DNA of 57,218 nucleotides from Octopus bimaculoides (GCF_001194135.2 NC_068982.1:91598671-91655888), one strand, 5' to 3'; shown: positions 1-12,500, counted from the stretch's first letter. Numbers and translations: made by a program. The notes: generated from the sequence alone by a model not told the origin.

Positions 1-7
1 AGAGATG

Positions 8-48
<41 letters not shown>

Positions 49-1096
49 GTGCTAAACTACTATTAATAGTAGTACTAAACCAACGACTACTATTATTCAT
101 TCCATCTCCATTTTCTGCATATATGTGACGAGAAAATTTCCACTCGCTAAGGTCATAAAATATGTAACTATTTGTTGTCTCATTGTCACTTGATGACGAT
201 TAATAATTCACTATTAAGTCATAACTATATATATATCTTGTGTATGTATCTCTAAGTATATATCTTGAATATATGCGTATACATCTTGTGTATATAAGTA
301 TATATCTTTAAGTACATATCTTGTGTATATAACTTGCATATATCTATAATGATGATATATCTTCGCGAAAATGAAGTTGCTCAATTTTATTATCGATTAG
401 ATTGGACCAGTACGCTTCTCATTAACATGTCTTAAATTTAATGGAAAACTAATGTCAGTGCAATTTTATATCGCTCTAAAAAGTCTTGATATTATACTGA
501 CTGATTTACTAACCAGTAGAGCTAATATAGATAAGATTTATCCTGTTGTTTTTCTTTCTTTTTCGATGCCATATTCATAATGAACACTGTTTTAAATAAG
601 AAATATCCCGAGTGATTCGTCAAGCAATGATAGTTTTTATTTATAATCTTAATCCCATAAGTAGACAGAGAGCACAATGTTTTAGGGTCATACCAAGATT
701 TGTCTTGAATTTCTCTGCTATCATTTACACATTAGATGTCTGTCTCTCACGTTCTTAAGATCACACTCTCGTAAATGTCACGGCAAATAAGCAGTATTAT
801 AAGACAATAGATATACCTAGCAGAGATGAAACACACATACACACTATGTAATATAATCTTTAACATTGTAGGTTTGGCATTTATCAATTAATTGCTCCAA
901 CACAGTCTTCAAACAATTATAGAAAAATTTATTGAGAATAACTCTCTTACAGACGGGCTGACAGAATCAACAGTACCAGTCAAAATGACTTGTGGTATTT
1001 ATTTATAAGTCTCTACGTTTTGAAATCAAATTTATATTCCATAATCGAAGAGTAGAAAAAGCAGAATATTAGTCCATAATACTGGGTTGATTTATA

Positions 1097-2364
1097 ATTG
1101 GGCCATCTCATAAATAATGCGTTTTTTAATATTTTCAAAATTACGATAAACAAAATTCTTTTTTAATCTAAAATATACTCTCCTTCATTTTCTACTATGC
1201 TCTTCCATTTATCTGGTTGACTTGCAAGGCTCCTCTTCCAAAATTCACTTGTCCGTGACGAAAAATACTCCTCCAGTACTGTTCTGATTTCGTCTACAGA
1301 ATTCATAATTTTTCCGTCCAAATGATTTTGAAGACTACGGAATAAATGATAATCAGACGGAGCAATGTCCGGCGAATTTGGTGGGTGGGGCATCGTTTCC
1401 CATTCAAACAGCTCCAGCCTTTGAAATGTCATCCTCGTAGTATGTGACCGAGCATTATCCTGATGGAAAATACCTTTCGTATTGAAACCGAAGATGGTTG
1501 TTTTTCTTCTAGCGCTGACTTAAGCCGCTCAAGCTGCTCGCAGTAGATATCCTTTGTCATCGTTTGGTTTGGGTTTAAAAACTCAAAGTGGACTAAACCT
1601 TTCAAATTCCACCAAACAGATAACAGCACCATACATGGGTGAAGACTTTTTTTAGCCTGGGATGCCGGTGTTTCTCCTTTCCCTACCGACTGTTTTCGGT
1701 GCTTCACATTTTTATAGAGGACTCATTTCTCGTTATCAGTCACGATTCGGCCCCCAAAAAGGTTCATTCGTGAGATGTGACAGCAAAGAAGAGCACACAT
1801 TTACTCCCTGCGCGCGATTAGACTCGGAGAGTTTGTAAGGAACCCATTGACTAAATTTGCGGACTTTTCCGATGGCAAGCAGGTGTCGATCAATGATTGA
1901 ATGATCAAGTCCAAGCTTCTCTACCAGTTCTTCAACAGCTACGATGATATTTTGTTGTATCAGGGTTTGTAGGACGTCCTCGCCGAGCCCTACTGATCTT
2001 TCAGAACAAAGCTCGTCTTTCAGGCTGTAGTTTCCGGCTCGAAATTTCTGGAACCACCGCTGACACTGGCTTACGTTTATTGTCCGATCCCCATATACTG
2101 CATCAATATTCCTCGCACTTTCCGTTGCGTTGTTACCTTTATTGAACTCATAAAGCAAAATATGATCCTTTGTCACTTCCATTATAGCTTTGAAAAAATA
2201 ACTGTTTAAATCGAACTGCACTCTCCCAAACTTGCACTAAGAATAAGTACAAGGTAAAATTACTACCTGCTTTAGAGCAAGGTAATGCAGGTAGTTTATC
2301 CCGTCCCTCTCCGACTTTTAGTTCATGCAACTGAAAAATCCGCGTTATTTATGGGATGACCCAA
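1097..2364 (-). mobile_element. Full-length degenerate mariner (DD34D) DNA transposon with both TIRs
   Basis: Left TIR attgggccatctcataaataatgcg (~1097) matches the reverse complement of cgcgttatttatgggatgacccaa (2341-2364), followed by TA. Three broken minus-strand ORFs: N-terminal HTH plus WVPYKL (WVPHEL motif), middle SVWWNLKGLVHFEFL, and HQDNARSH-34 aa-PPNSPDIAPSDY. Length ~1.27 kb is typical. Confidence 0.93.
1163..2200 (-). pseudogene. Mariner transposase pseudogene (frameshifts and stops)
   Basis: ORFs 1736-2221, 1429-1707 and 1163-1432 are collinear parts of one transposase; the first catalytic motif reads TDNEK* instead of TGDEKW. Confidence 0.9.
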
Positions 2365-2384
2365 TACTTGTATAATACGTGCTA

Positions 2385-2545
2385 GGTAGGCCCAAAATAC
2401 AGGAATTTTGAGGGGAGGCGAGCTAGTTGATATAATCGATCCTAGTACTTTTTTTTTAAAGACTGGCACTTATTCTATCGCTCTCTTTTACGGAACCGCT
2501 AGATTACGGGGACGTGAAGAGACCGACATCGGTTGCCAAGTAGTG
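2385..2545 (-). mobile_element. SINE family A, distal body fragment
   Basis: tacttattctatcgctctcttttacggaaccgctagattacggggacgtgaagagaccgacatcggttgccaagtagtg is homologous to 22190-22270 and 52567-52645. Confidence 0.7.
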
Positions 2546-3264
2546 TGTGTGTGTATGTATGTGTGTGTGTGTGTGTGTGTGTGTGGTGGAGGTGGTGAGG
2601 GAGAGGCAAACACAAAAACACACATACATACATATATATATACATATATATATACATATATATATATATAAATNNNNNNNNNNNNNNNNNNNNNNNNNNN
2701 NNNNNNNNNNNNNNNNNNNNNNNNNNNNNNNNNNNNNNNNNNNNNNNNNNNNNNNNNNNNNNNNNNNNNNNNNNNNNNNNNNNNNNNNNNNNNNNNNNNN
2801 NNNNNNNNNNNNNNNNNNNNNNNNNNNNNNNNNNNNNNNNNNNNNNNNNNNNNNNNNNNNNNNNNNNNNNNNNNNNNNNNNNNNNNNNNNNNNNNNNNNN
2901 NNNNNNNNNNNNNNNNNNNNNNNNNNNNNNNNNNNNNNNNNNNNNNNNNNNNNNNNNNNNNNNGGACACCTGTGCTTTGGTTCTTTCTTTCTTTTTCTTT
3001 TCTTCCCTTTTTTGTCACTTTTGCTATGAATTAAATTAATGAATTCAACGGGATACACAGTCTGCAAGTAGTTGGGTTCAGCATATTATCCTCCATTTTC
3101 TAATTGTTACACAAATTTTGGGTAAAACCTCCACTTTTACCCGCTCCCATTGATTGCACCTAGGATAGCACTAGTGTAGCAATAATTGGGTACCCTCCCA
3201 GCAGTTTACTGGATAGATACTATCCCTTAGTGGGTTGAACCCCCAACCCCTAACTCTCTCACGT

Positions 3265-3299
<35 letters not shown>

Positions 3300-3301
<2 letters not shown>

Positions 3302-3467
3302 GACGGGATCCGACATAGTTTTCGTCTACCAAATTCATCCACATGATTTTGTTCGTCCCGGGGCTACAGTAAAAAGTCATCTACCAAGATGCCGAGCAGG
3401 GGGACTGAATCCGAAACCAAGTAATTGCAAAGCGAGCTTCTTAACCACACAGCCATATCTGCGCCTT
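3300..3467 (-). mobile_element. tRNA-derived SINE family A, head and proximal body
   Basis: Reverse complement begins ...ggctgtgtggttaagaagctcgc...ggattcagtccc (A and B boxes); abuts (TA)n at 3265-3300; homologous to 22541-22680 and 52735-52848. Confidence 0.75.
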
Positions 3468-3594
3468 TATTGAATTATGAAAAATAATTTTGCAATAAAG
3501 TAGCGTTTCAGTCTTTGGTTATACAATGGCAAATGGCAAAATGAAATCGGTCCAGACAGATAGCAAGATCTGTTTAAGAAAATTCAGCATAGAA

Positions 3595-3712
3595 GCATGA
3601 TCATGTGGTTAAAAAGTTCACATTGCAATCATGGGTTCAGTCCCAATGCGCGGCATTTTGGGTAAGTGTCTTTACAATAGCCCCAGATTGACCAATGCCT
3701 TGTGTAAGCAGA
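3595..3712 (+). mobile_element. tRNA-derived SINE family A head
   Basis: catgtggttaaaaagttc...gggttcagtcccaatgcgcggcattttgggtaagtgtctttacaatagcc matches the family A head in sense orientation. Confidence 0.7.
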
Positions 3713-3713
3713 A

Positions 3714-4018
3714 AGATTCGGCTCCTTACCATATCTCTGGGAAGAGTCACAAGTAGTTTGCGGAAAATTTTTCGACTTCATCAGCTCCAGTTTCTGGCTT
3801 TATAATTCCTCCGATTGTAACCATATGGATTACTAATGTGTGGGGCGCCGTTGAGAAAGACACCAGCCGTTATGCCTGCAACACCAAGGCCGAGATGGTG
3901 GCCAAGATAAAGGAGTAGTTGGAAGATCTTCACAGGGACACTATGCAGAACACGAGTATCAGGCTCTGGAACCATCTTGAGGCCGCGGTGGAAGCTGAGG
4001 GCAGCTGTTTTGTTTAAA
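3714..4018 (+). mobile_element. Tc1/mariner superfamily (maT-like, approx. DD37D) transposase C-terminal remnant
   Basis: Frameshift-corrected translation DSAPYHISGKSHK*FAENF(F)DFISSSFWLYNSSDCNHMDY(Y)VWGAVEKDTSRYACNTKAEMVAKIKE...LEAAVEAEGSCFV* matches QDSAPxH...WPPNSPDLNPMDYxVWG. Confidence 0.7.
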
Positions 4019-6094
4019 CTGTTGTCACTCGGCCATGATCTAGTTGATACTTTTTGATTTAAAAAACAAAAAACAACTTTTATTTTGGGACAGAATGTTG
4101 TTTTCTTATAACCGATAAAACTTAGAATTGTTTGATAACGAAGTAAAATTCTTAACGACATACCCATGCCTGCAGCAATGATTTACATCATTCTTTTCCC
4201 ATTATTCCCCTAACGTGCTCTTGCAATTCTATATACTAAGAAAAAAATCTTGTCCTATTCTGGTTGTCTTCTCTACCTATTATGCTGCATGGGTCATGGG
4301 TCAGTTGATGACCCCTTGACTCTGTATAAATATCTATTGCATCCTAATTCGTACCTACACATACACACACACGATGTGTTAGAGCTGTTGTAGTAAATAC
4401 TCTCTGCAAACCAACAGCGGGATAAAAATGCTGTGTCGAAGCTGACTTGGCGGGATTTAAACTCGGTCATTTATCAACAAAATTAATTACTGCTCAGCCT
4501 GTTACTATCTGTACTACCCTTAGCTACCTGATAACACTGCCACAGTAAATTGTATTATGATAACAGTAATAGTAATTTCATTATGTAGTTGTTTTGCAAG
4601 ATTCCTAATGTGAAATCGTGTGTTGAAACAAATATTGCTATATTTCGGGACGGTCGTTTTTTTTATCCTTGCCAAATAAACAAATGCCCGGTATATTCGT
4701 TCTTCACTTGTTTATTATTGTTCTTATTTTGTGCCCTTTGTCGCTGAAGAGGCCACAGGTGTGTGACGAATGATTTCCAGACAAATGACATAAAATAAGA
4801 ACAATAATAAATAAGTGAAGAACGTGTGTTTATTTGACAAGAAAAAAGTTGACCGTCCCGAAATATAACAATAGTAATAGTAACGGTTTCAAATTTTGGC
4901 ACAAAGTAATTTTAGGAGTGGGAGTTAGTGATTTAAGCATGTTTTTGAAATAACTAAGGATTGAAGTTAAAAACAGTTTCGTATAATAATGTTTCATATT
5001 TGAGAGATTTGATAAAGTCCGTTGATTAGTTATCATTGGTTGTGTTTATGCAACCTTTCGCAAGAAATTAATTCTTTGTTTCTCCAACGTAGCATAGCAA
5101 GCGTGCTTGCTAGTCATTGACTAATGTAAGACCGTTTTTAACGACGCACTGTAACTTAACTACATTATATTAATTAGCAGTCGTTAATAAACTTGTTCAA
5201 TTAGAAATTATCAATGTTCGCTATTATAACGATATTAGGTCTTTCAGATTTTAATTATTCAGCGACCCGAAAAACAGTTGGTTTTCACAATGCGCTTGGA
5301 GCTACACTCGACAGAAGAGATTGTCCAATTAAATATTTATTCAAATGTAGCAACGTATAAACCAAATAATAATAGAAAATATCACTTTATAGAAAGAGAT
5401 GGATCTCCGTCGTTTTCGATGATGAGGATTTAGCTGCGCAGTCAACTGAATTTCCTGCAATAGGTGTCTAAGTGGCTAAGTATTCCATAAACATGTATAT
5501 TTTTAGCCCAGTTCTCATGCAGAATCAGCATTACACAGTGTGACATGGTCATACCATTGAATTACAAGCACAATCAACCTGAACGGCTTCTATGTAGTGA
5601 GTCGATGGAAACTGTTTTGAAACCGGTAGAAAGTTTCGTTCCTGTTCTTGAGTTGTAGACTTAATCCACTACTCGATTTAGTACTACTAGTCACTTCTTG
5701 ATTGCCTTCATTGATGTTCACTTGTTGCAACTGCTTGGATGAGGTTTCCGTTGTGAGAAAGACTTGCTGATTACCTTCTGTCACGGAGTCTTAAAAAAGG
5801 ACGAAAGGGTGTTGCCCTTCATCCTATGACTAAATATTTTCTCTACTCAGGTTTTATGTGCATGCAGCGTAGCGATCACAATCACACATGGACAGCTTCT
5901 ATGAATATACATCTTGAAAATATCATAGCATTTTAGCATAAGGTTCAAAAATTTAAACTAGACCGTCCATACACGCAAACAACACACAGTAATCTCCCAA
6001 AGCCGTTACAAGAGACAGACACTGTCCCACCAGACCACTGCTACTACTATCAACTATCTCACGCATTGTTGTATCCGCATTTCAAAAGTACAAT

Positions 6095-6345
6095 TTATGT
6101 ATATGTGTGTGTTTTTGTATGTGTGTGTGTGCGTACGCGTGCATATGTCTGTGTATGTATGTATGTATGTATGTATGTAGGTAGGTCGGTAGGTAGGTAG
6201 GTAGGTAGGTAGGTAGGCAGATAGGTAGGTATGTATGTGTAGGTAGGTAGGTAGGTAGGTAGGTAGGTAGGTAGGTAGGTAGGTAGGTAGGTAGGTCGAT
6301 AAGTAGGTGGGTAGGTAAGTATGTATGTATATAGATAGGTATACA
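6095..6345. repeat. Compound (GTAT)n/(GTAG)n tetranucleotide microsatellite
   Basis: Directly visible; explains ORFs 6082-6351 and 6095-6370. Confidence 0.95.
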
Positions 6346-6379
6346 GTGCATTACTAACTGTACTGTCCACGCAGAGACA

Positions 6380-7096
6380 AGTTCACATCTGCTCTTCTCT
6401 CCATTCTTGCAAACTCATTTCACCCTTTTTGGATAGACTTGTGGTCAGTGACGAAAAATGGACCTTCTATCGAAATGTTAAATGTCGTAAACAGTAGCTT
6501 GGTAAAAAGGAAAAAGCTCAACTAAAACCGCGAAGGGAACTTCATGAGAAAAAGGTTCTTCTCTCTATCTGGTGGGATTGCAAAGGAGTAATTCACTTTG
6601 AATTGTTACCACCTAATGCAACAATCAATGCTCAAGTCTACTGTCAGCAATTAAAGCGTTTGAACCAAGCTTTGAAGAAAAAAAGACCCGCTTTAGTGAA
6701 TCGAAAAGGAGTGATGCTTCATCAGAACAATGCGCGACCCTACATTGCAAAGATCACATCACAGAAGATCAAAGAGTTTGGTTGGGAAAAAATTGCTCAT
6801 CCACCTTATTCTCCAGACCTTGTTCCTTCAGACTACCATTTGCTTCGTAGTTTACAGAATCATTTGGGGGACATAACTTTCGCAAGCCAGGAGGAGGTCG
6901 AAACTGACAGTTCAGAGTTCTTCACTTTGAAACCAAAAGAATTTTACATTGATGGGATTAAAAAGCTTATAAACAGATGGAAGGAAGTCATAGATAATCA
7001 GGGAAAGTACATTGATATTAAATTTCAATTAAATATAACATTTGATCACTTGTTTTCTTTATTCAAAATTCGGACAGAACTTATGGGATGACCTGA
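6380..7096 (+). mobile_element. Mariner (DD34D) transposon, 3' two-thirds with right TIR; catalytic D mutated
   Basis: FLDRLVVSDEKW, SIWWDCKGVIHFELLP, LHQNNARPY (D to N) followed by 34 aa to PPYSPDLVPSDY; TIR ggacagaacttatgggatgacctga followed by TA at 7097. Confidence 0.92.
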
Positions 7097-8819
7097 TATA
7101 TATGTATGCACTGTGTGCGTATGTGTCTGCGTATGTACGACGCATCTATGTATATAGGAGCCATACACATGGATATGCATTTATTCATGTACATATCATC
7201 TTGGTGCGCAGCATACACTCATCATATATGTTAAAATCCTGTTCCAAGACCAATTTTCATAACATATTCAAACCAGTTGATGTCCGTGACATCAATATTA
7301 TTGATTGTTATTTTCCTTATATGTGTGTGTTTGTGTCCATGTGCTTGTGTATGTGTGTATGTCTATGTTTGTGTATGCGTGTGTATGTGTGCGTGGGAGG
7401 CACGTGAACAGGCGCGTGGACGTCTGAATATGAGCGCCTGTGGGTGTGCATGTGTATTCATGTCTGTACGTGTGTTGAAGCGTTCATTTATGTTCTATTG
7501 TTAATTTCTCTTTAGTTCAGCATTTCTTGTTCTTCTGAACATTTTTTTATTATTATGTTTTGTAGTTTTAAAAATAATGCATGTCATTTTTTTTTACGCT
7601 TTCTTTTCTCTCTTTTATTTATCTATTTCCACACTTTTGAGTTTTATTACAGCGTTAACATTTTTGAAGAGGGAAGTTCTATAAAAGATATGATAATAGT
7701 GATGTGCAATGCCTCTGCTCTTGTATGCTTATTTTGTACAATTGACAAAACATTTCTCTTGTAAGTCATTTTTTCCTTTCCTCATTTTTTAACAAGCTTT
7801 GAATTTATATGCTGCATATTTATCAGAGAAATAAGACAGAATCTCTCAGATCAGCCAGGTTGAACAATGGACAAAGCGGTATATATATAATATGTATACT
7901 ATATAAAATAATAACTGAATTCTCTTTCAGCTGTTTTTTTTTTCTTTTTGAAGTTTTCTATTGCGCGCAGTTAGTTGTAGATTGTGGGATACACTCGTGC
8001 GATCTAGTAGACTTTAAATATGTATCTGTTTATTTCATTTATTTCTAAAATGGATATAAACATTGTTTATTGTGTGGGCAGTGCATGTGACAAGTTTTTT
8101 TTATATCGTAATTCTTGGTGGAAAGCTTGTGTACATAGTCTTTACCTGGCTCTGTAATCAAAATAGCTAACCTTGTTTTCTCTAAGTTGATGATATTAGA
8201 GAAAATGCAAGGAAGGGGGATTTTTAAAATTGCACTATGAAGACGAAGGATTATGTGAATCGTTTAGTACAAGATTTGATGTGGGTGATACATCATGGAA
8301 TAAAGTATAGGTTTACAAATCAGTCGGATATTTTTGGCTTTTCTAATAGAAGTTGTTGTGATGTAATCAAATATTTGTAGACTGCTATCAGCTGTTCCAA
8401 TTTGAAATAGAAAAGATTTCTCTCAGTATTTGCGATGGCAGATTACAATCAATTTTTCGTTTACCCCCACTTCCACTCTGCTACATGTTTCCCAACACTT
8501 TTCACATAACACTTCTAATTCTGCCTTGTAATATACTTGCCTACTCTACGAACAAACAAGAAAATCTCTATATCCAAACTACGAGAAATAGAAACCAAAT
8601 CTAATTCCCCAAAGCACATTTAACTATCTTGAACAGATACTTTGGACAAAGTAGTTTCTCATACAAAAAGATGTGAGATGTTTAATGGTTCATCTTCGAT
8701 CATTGGTCGGCTCAATGAGAGCTACAAGAGGCTAAAAGACAAGTCATATTCCACCAGCTTTTTATCCATCCTTAAAATCGTTACAGAAAACGTTACTATA
8801 GTCTTTTCAGTTCTTGAGA

Positions 8820-9012
8820 TTGTTATTGCATCAAGCGAAACATTTTGTGGCATTTCTTCCGGTTCTTTGTGTTCTGAATTCCAATCCCACCGAGGCATCT
8901 TTGTCCATTCCTCTGGAACCGATAAAATTAAGTACCAGTGAAGTAATGGGGTCGATGCAATCAACTGGCCCACATTCTCTCAAAATTACCGGCCTTACGT
9001 CTAAATAAGAAA
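8820..9012 (+). mobile_element. tRNA-derived SINE family B, old copy
   Basis: gttctgaattccaatcccaccgaggcatctttg...gataaaattaagtaccagtgaagtaatggggtcgatgcaatc aligns to the family B sense consensus seen at 26157-26612. Confidence 0.65.
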
Positions 9013-9617
9013 CCATGCCCGCTATCATTATATTTATTCAATTTCCTTATCAGCCTTAAATATTCAACTATTTATTATATACAATAATCTAGCCAACGCA
9101 ACAAAAACCATTACATCTACCTTGCGGTGTATTAGCCCAACGTTTTAGTATATTTGTCACTAACAATGTCTCTGACTTCCAGCAGTTATATGTTAACATT
9201 CTGTACAACCACCAAAAATATGATGTCTCTTCATATTTAAACTAGCGATAACCATATTAGGGTTTAGCTTGAAGCAGGAAACGTCATATCAAATACCTGT
9301 TAATTTGATTGCGGCTAATAAATACAGTAAAGTAACGGCCTCTATCTAAGGCAATGTGTATATGAGTGTCATTGTGTGAATATGTACGTGTGTACTCTTG
9401 GTTGTAATGATGTATATACTTATATGTGTGTATGTGTTCGTGTTTACATATATATGGGTGTTTATGCGTAGGCATAAATATATTCAAACATTTTATTCGC
9501 GAACACTAACGTGTTTCTATTTATACTTCTGCCTATGTTGTTTACCTTACTGTATTCACACACACATATACACACACATACATACACACACACTCAAACA
9601 CACTCACACACACACTA

Positions 9618-9660
<43 letters not shown>

Positions 9661-10189
9661 AATGTGTGCGTATGTCTGTATGTATATATGTGAGTGCGCG
9701 TATGTGATTTGGTGTAGATATTAATACATGTTTTTGACTATGTAGCAATATTTGCATATTAGCATGTGCATGGATGTATGTAATTTTGTGTGTATAACAT
9801 TTATTTTGCATAAAAGCGTCAACACACATAATTGCGTCAGCGTTTGTATATACAAATGAGCATGCGAAAAGTGTATTATAGATAACATGGTAGATATTTG
9901 TACAAATGTATGTACACTATATATGTATTTATATATATATNNNNNNNNNNNNNNNNNNNNNNNNNNNNNNNNNNNNNNNNNNNNNNNNNNNNNNNNNNNN
10001 NNNNNNNNNNNNNNNNNNNNNNNNNNNNNNNNNNNNNNNNNNNNNNNNNNNNNNNNNNNNNNNNNNNNNNNNNNNNNNNNNNNNNNNNNNNNNNNNNNNN
10101 NNNNNNNNNNNNNNNNNNNNNNNNNNNNNATATGTATATGTATGTATGTATACATTTTCGCATGTATGTATAGATGTATGATGTATGTA

Positions 10190-10492
10190 CTTGGAAATCC
10201 TCTTAGCCCCTTGTGGAGCATAGGGCCGGTTTCAATGGCATATGTGTCCCCCTCTCTAGCTGGACGGGACGCCAGTCCATCGCAGATTTTTACTCAAGAA
10301 ACAGGAAGAAAGAGTGAGAGAAAGTTGGGGCGATAGAGTACAACAGGGGTCGCCACCACTCCCTGACGGAGCCTCATGGAGCTTTAAATGTTTTCGCTCA
10401 ATAAACACGCACAACGCCTGGTCTGGGAATCGAAACCGTGATCCTCCGACCGCGAGTCCGCTGTCCTAATCACTGGGCCATTGCGCCCCCAC
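10190..10492 (-). mobile_element. tRNA-derived SINE family C (3' half type 1)
   Basis: Reverse complement: A box tggcccagtga, B box ggtttcgattcc; head/body shared with 46150-46297; 3' half contains gcgatggactggcgtcccgtccag. Confidence 0.8.
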
Positions 10493-10502
10493 GATGAATG
10501 TA

Positions 10503-10650
10503 CTAAAATCTTTTTTGACTAAAACAAAACCGGGACCCTAAGTAAGGCATGTGTAAAATTTGAAGGAAATTGGTTGTGTAGTTCTGGAGTTTTAGGGATT
10601 CACACAGACACACACACAGACATACATTCTCAATTTTATATATATATTGA
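10503..10650 (-). mobile_element. Non-autonomous Helitron-like element, 5' end
   Basis: Reverse complement starts A|TCaatatatatataaaa, then a (TGTC/TG) microsatellite and aaccaatttccttcaaattttacac, a layout typical of invertebrate non-autonomous Helitrons. Confidence 0.5.
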
Positions 10651-11984
10651 TTTTGTATAATATATGTATAAATATATATATATATACATACGTGTATATA
10701 TATATATAATATAAATAATATATATATATGCATACATACATACATATATGTACATACTTACATATATATGTATATATGCATATATGGGTACAGGACGTCA
10801 CATGAAATACGAAAACAACATAAAATACGAAATATGAAAACATGGAATACGAACATTTTATACGAACAACGAAAGAAACAAATGGAAAAACAAGACAATG
10901 AACATAAAGAACAACCCTTCATCAGTTGTCGGCTGTTTATCTACTCCACATTTCGAACAATTAAGACAAGATGTGTCTTCGAGGAAACAGTTGCTCCCGC
11001 AAACCAAAATATAATTTGGAATTCGTGGAGGGTCAAAGTTGGTAAGAAAAACAGGATAGTGAAAACAAACAGTGAAGGCTGCTAAGCCATAACGAAGTGA
11101 GGTGGCGAACGCTGGAGGAACAAGCTTTGACTGGAGAAAATATAGGATAGGAGGCAGGCAAAAAACAAAAATGTGTCTGATCTTTGCGACAGACCAGAAG
11201 GAAAGAAAGATGCTCAAGTTAGGAAAAGAAAGATGGCCGATGGTCACGTGTGAGCAACGAGAGAGTAAAGGAGTAAGAGTGAGAAAGAGAGAGTGACAGA
11301 TAGAAAACGGTGAAGAGGAGAAAAAAGAATTAGAGACAGGATGAGAGAGAGAGAAAGTGAGAGAGAAGGAAAAAGTACAAGATCGACTCGCATCGGAATT
11401 ATTAAGATAAACTTACTTGGAAATGGATGCGTAGCGTTCAATTATATAATAATATATATTATATAATATATNNNNNNNNNNNNNNNNNNNNNNNNNNNNN
11501 NNNNNNNNNNNNNNNNNNNNNNNNNNNNNNNNNNNNNNNNNNNNNNNNNNNNNNNNNNNNNNNNNNNNNNNNNNNNNNNNNNNNNNNNNNNNNNNNNNNN
11601 NNNNNNNNNNNNNNNNNNNNNNNNNNNNNNNNNNNNNNNNATGGGTACAGGACGTCACAAAACGTAAACAACATGAAATGCGAAATATGAAAACATGATA
11701 TACATAAATTTACATTTAAAACACAAGTATATATACATATGCTGGTTTATATGCATACATATATACACACACGACATGCATAAGTATAAAGTACTTTTCA
11801 CTCAGTCACAACAAACATTTCATAGAATTTCGGTATAATCTATGCCTGTAAGGGTTACCTTACAGGCATCTACCGTGATTTTTCCAATCACTACAGTTTT
11901 AGGCTTATGTCCTGCTTTACCCTTCAAATCTCGATTCACTTCATACATGTACATCTGTTAAAGGACTATGTATCAGAGAGATGT

Positions 11985-12500
11985 TTCCGTTTGCAAGGCA
12001 AGTTATCTGAGAAGACTTTACGACAATTGACTGCAGTCATTAATGCCATAGAATGTTGGGAAAATTATAAAGGTTATGCATCACATTGGGGTTTGGAAAA
12101 TAGGTAATTAACGGACACCGTAGAATAGAGCGGTTTCAATCAGTAATAGCTTTGTACAAAGAGTGCAGGAATTGGGACTTGGGGAATTTCAAGTAAGTAA
12201 TGTTCAAGATTTACTAAATGCTGATTACGAGGTACTCACCTATGAAGAACTTAAGAGTTAGCAGAGCGCCAAGTTTCTTGGTTAGAAAACAAAGATGCTT
12301 CTAAAATTCGATTTTAACAATAGAGATCTTATATATTTTAATGCATTAGTGAAATAGCCTGTGCTTTACAACGACTTTCAAAAATCAACCTAAATATTGA
12401 GCGTAGCATGAATGTTGAAAGATCTATGATAGTAGTGCTAAAATAGGGAAGAATGAAAGGCTCAGAGGAAGAAAGCAAAGAAGTCAGCGCTTGATTCTCT
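11985..12500 (+). mobile_element. Highly degenerate pogo/Tigger-like transposase C-terminus
   Basis: Fragments AVINAIECWENY, VQDLLNADYEVLTYEEL and INLNIERSMNVE resemble the Tigger C-terminal AIxNIxxAW, LTxEEL and DPNxERSxKV motifs. Confidence 0.45.

Noticed and set aside
7827-7878. 52-nt plus-strand exon candidate
   Set aside because: The donor GTATAT arises from a TA run and the peptide is uninformative.
8722-8973. 83-aa ORF with protein-like composition
   Set aside because: Largely the antisense of a degenerate family B SINE.
10915-10958. Hammerhead-like motifs on minus (cGAAA ... CTGATGA)
   Set aside because: Core words are present but only ~25 nt apart, with no pairable stems I and III.
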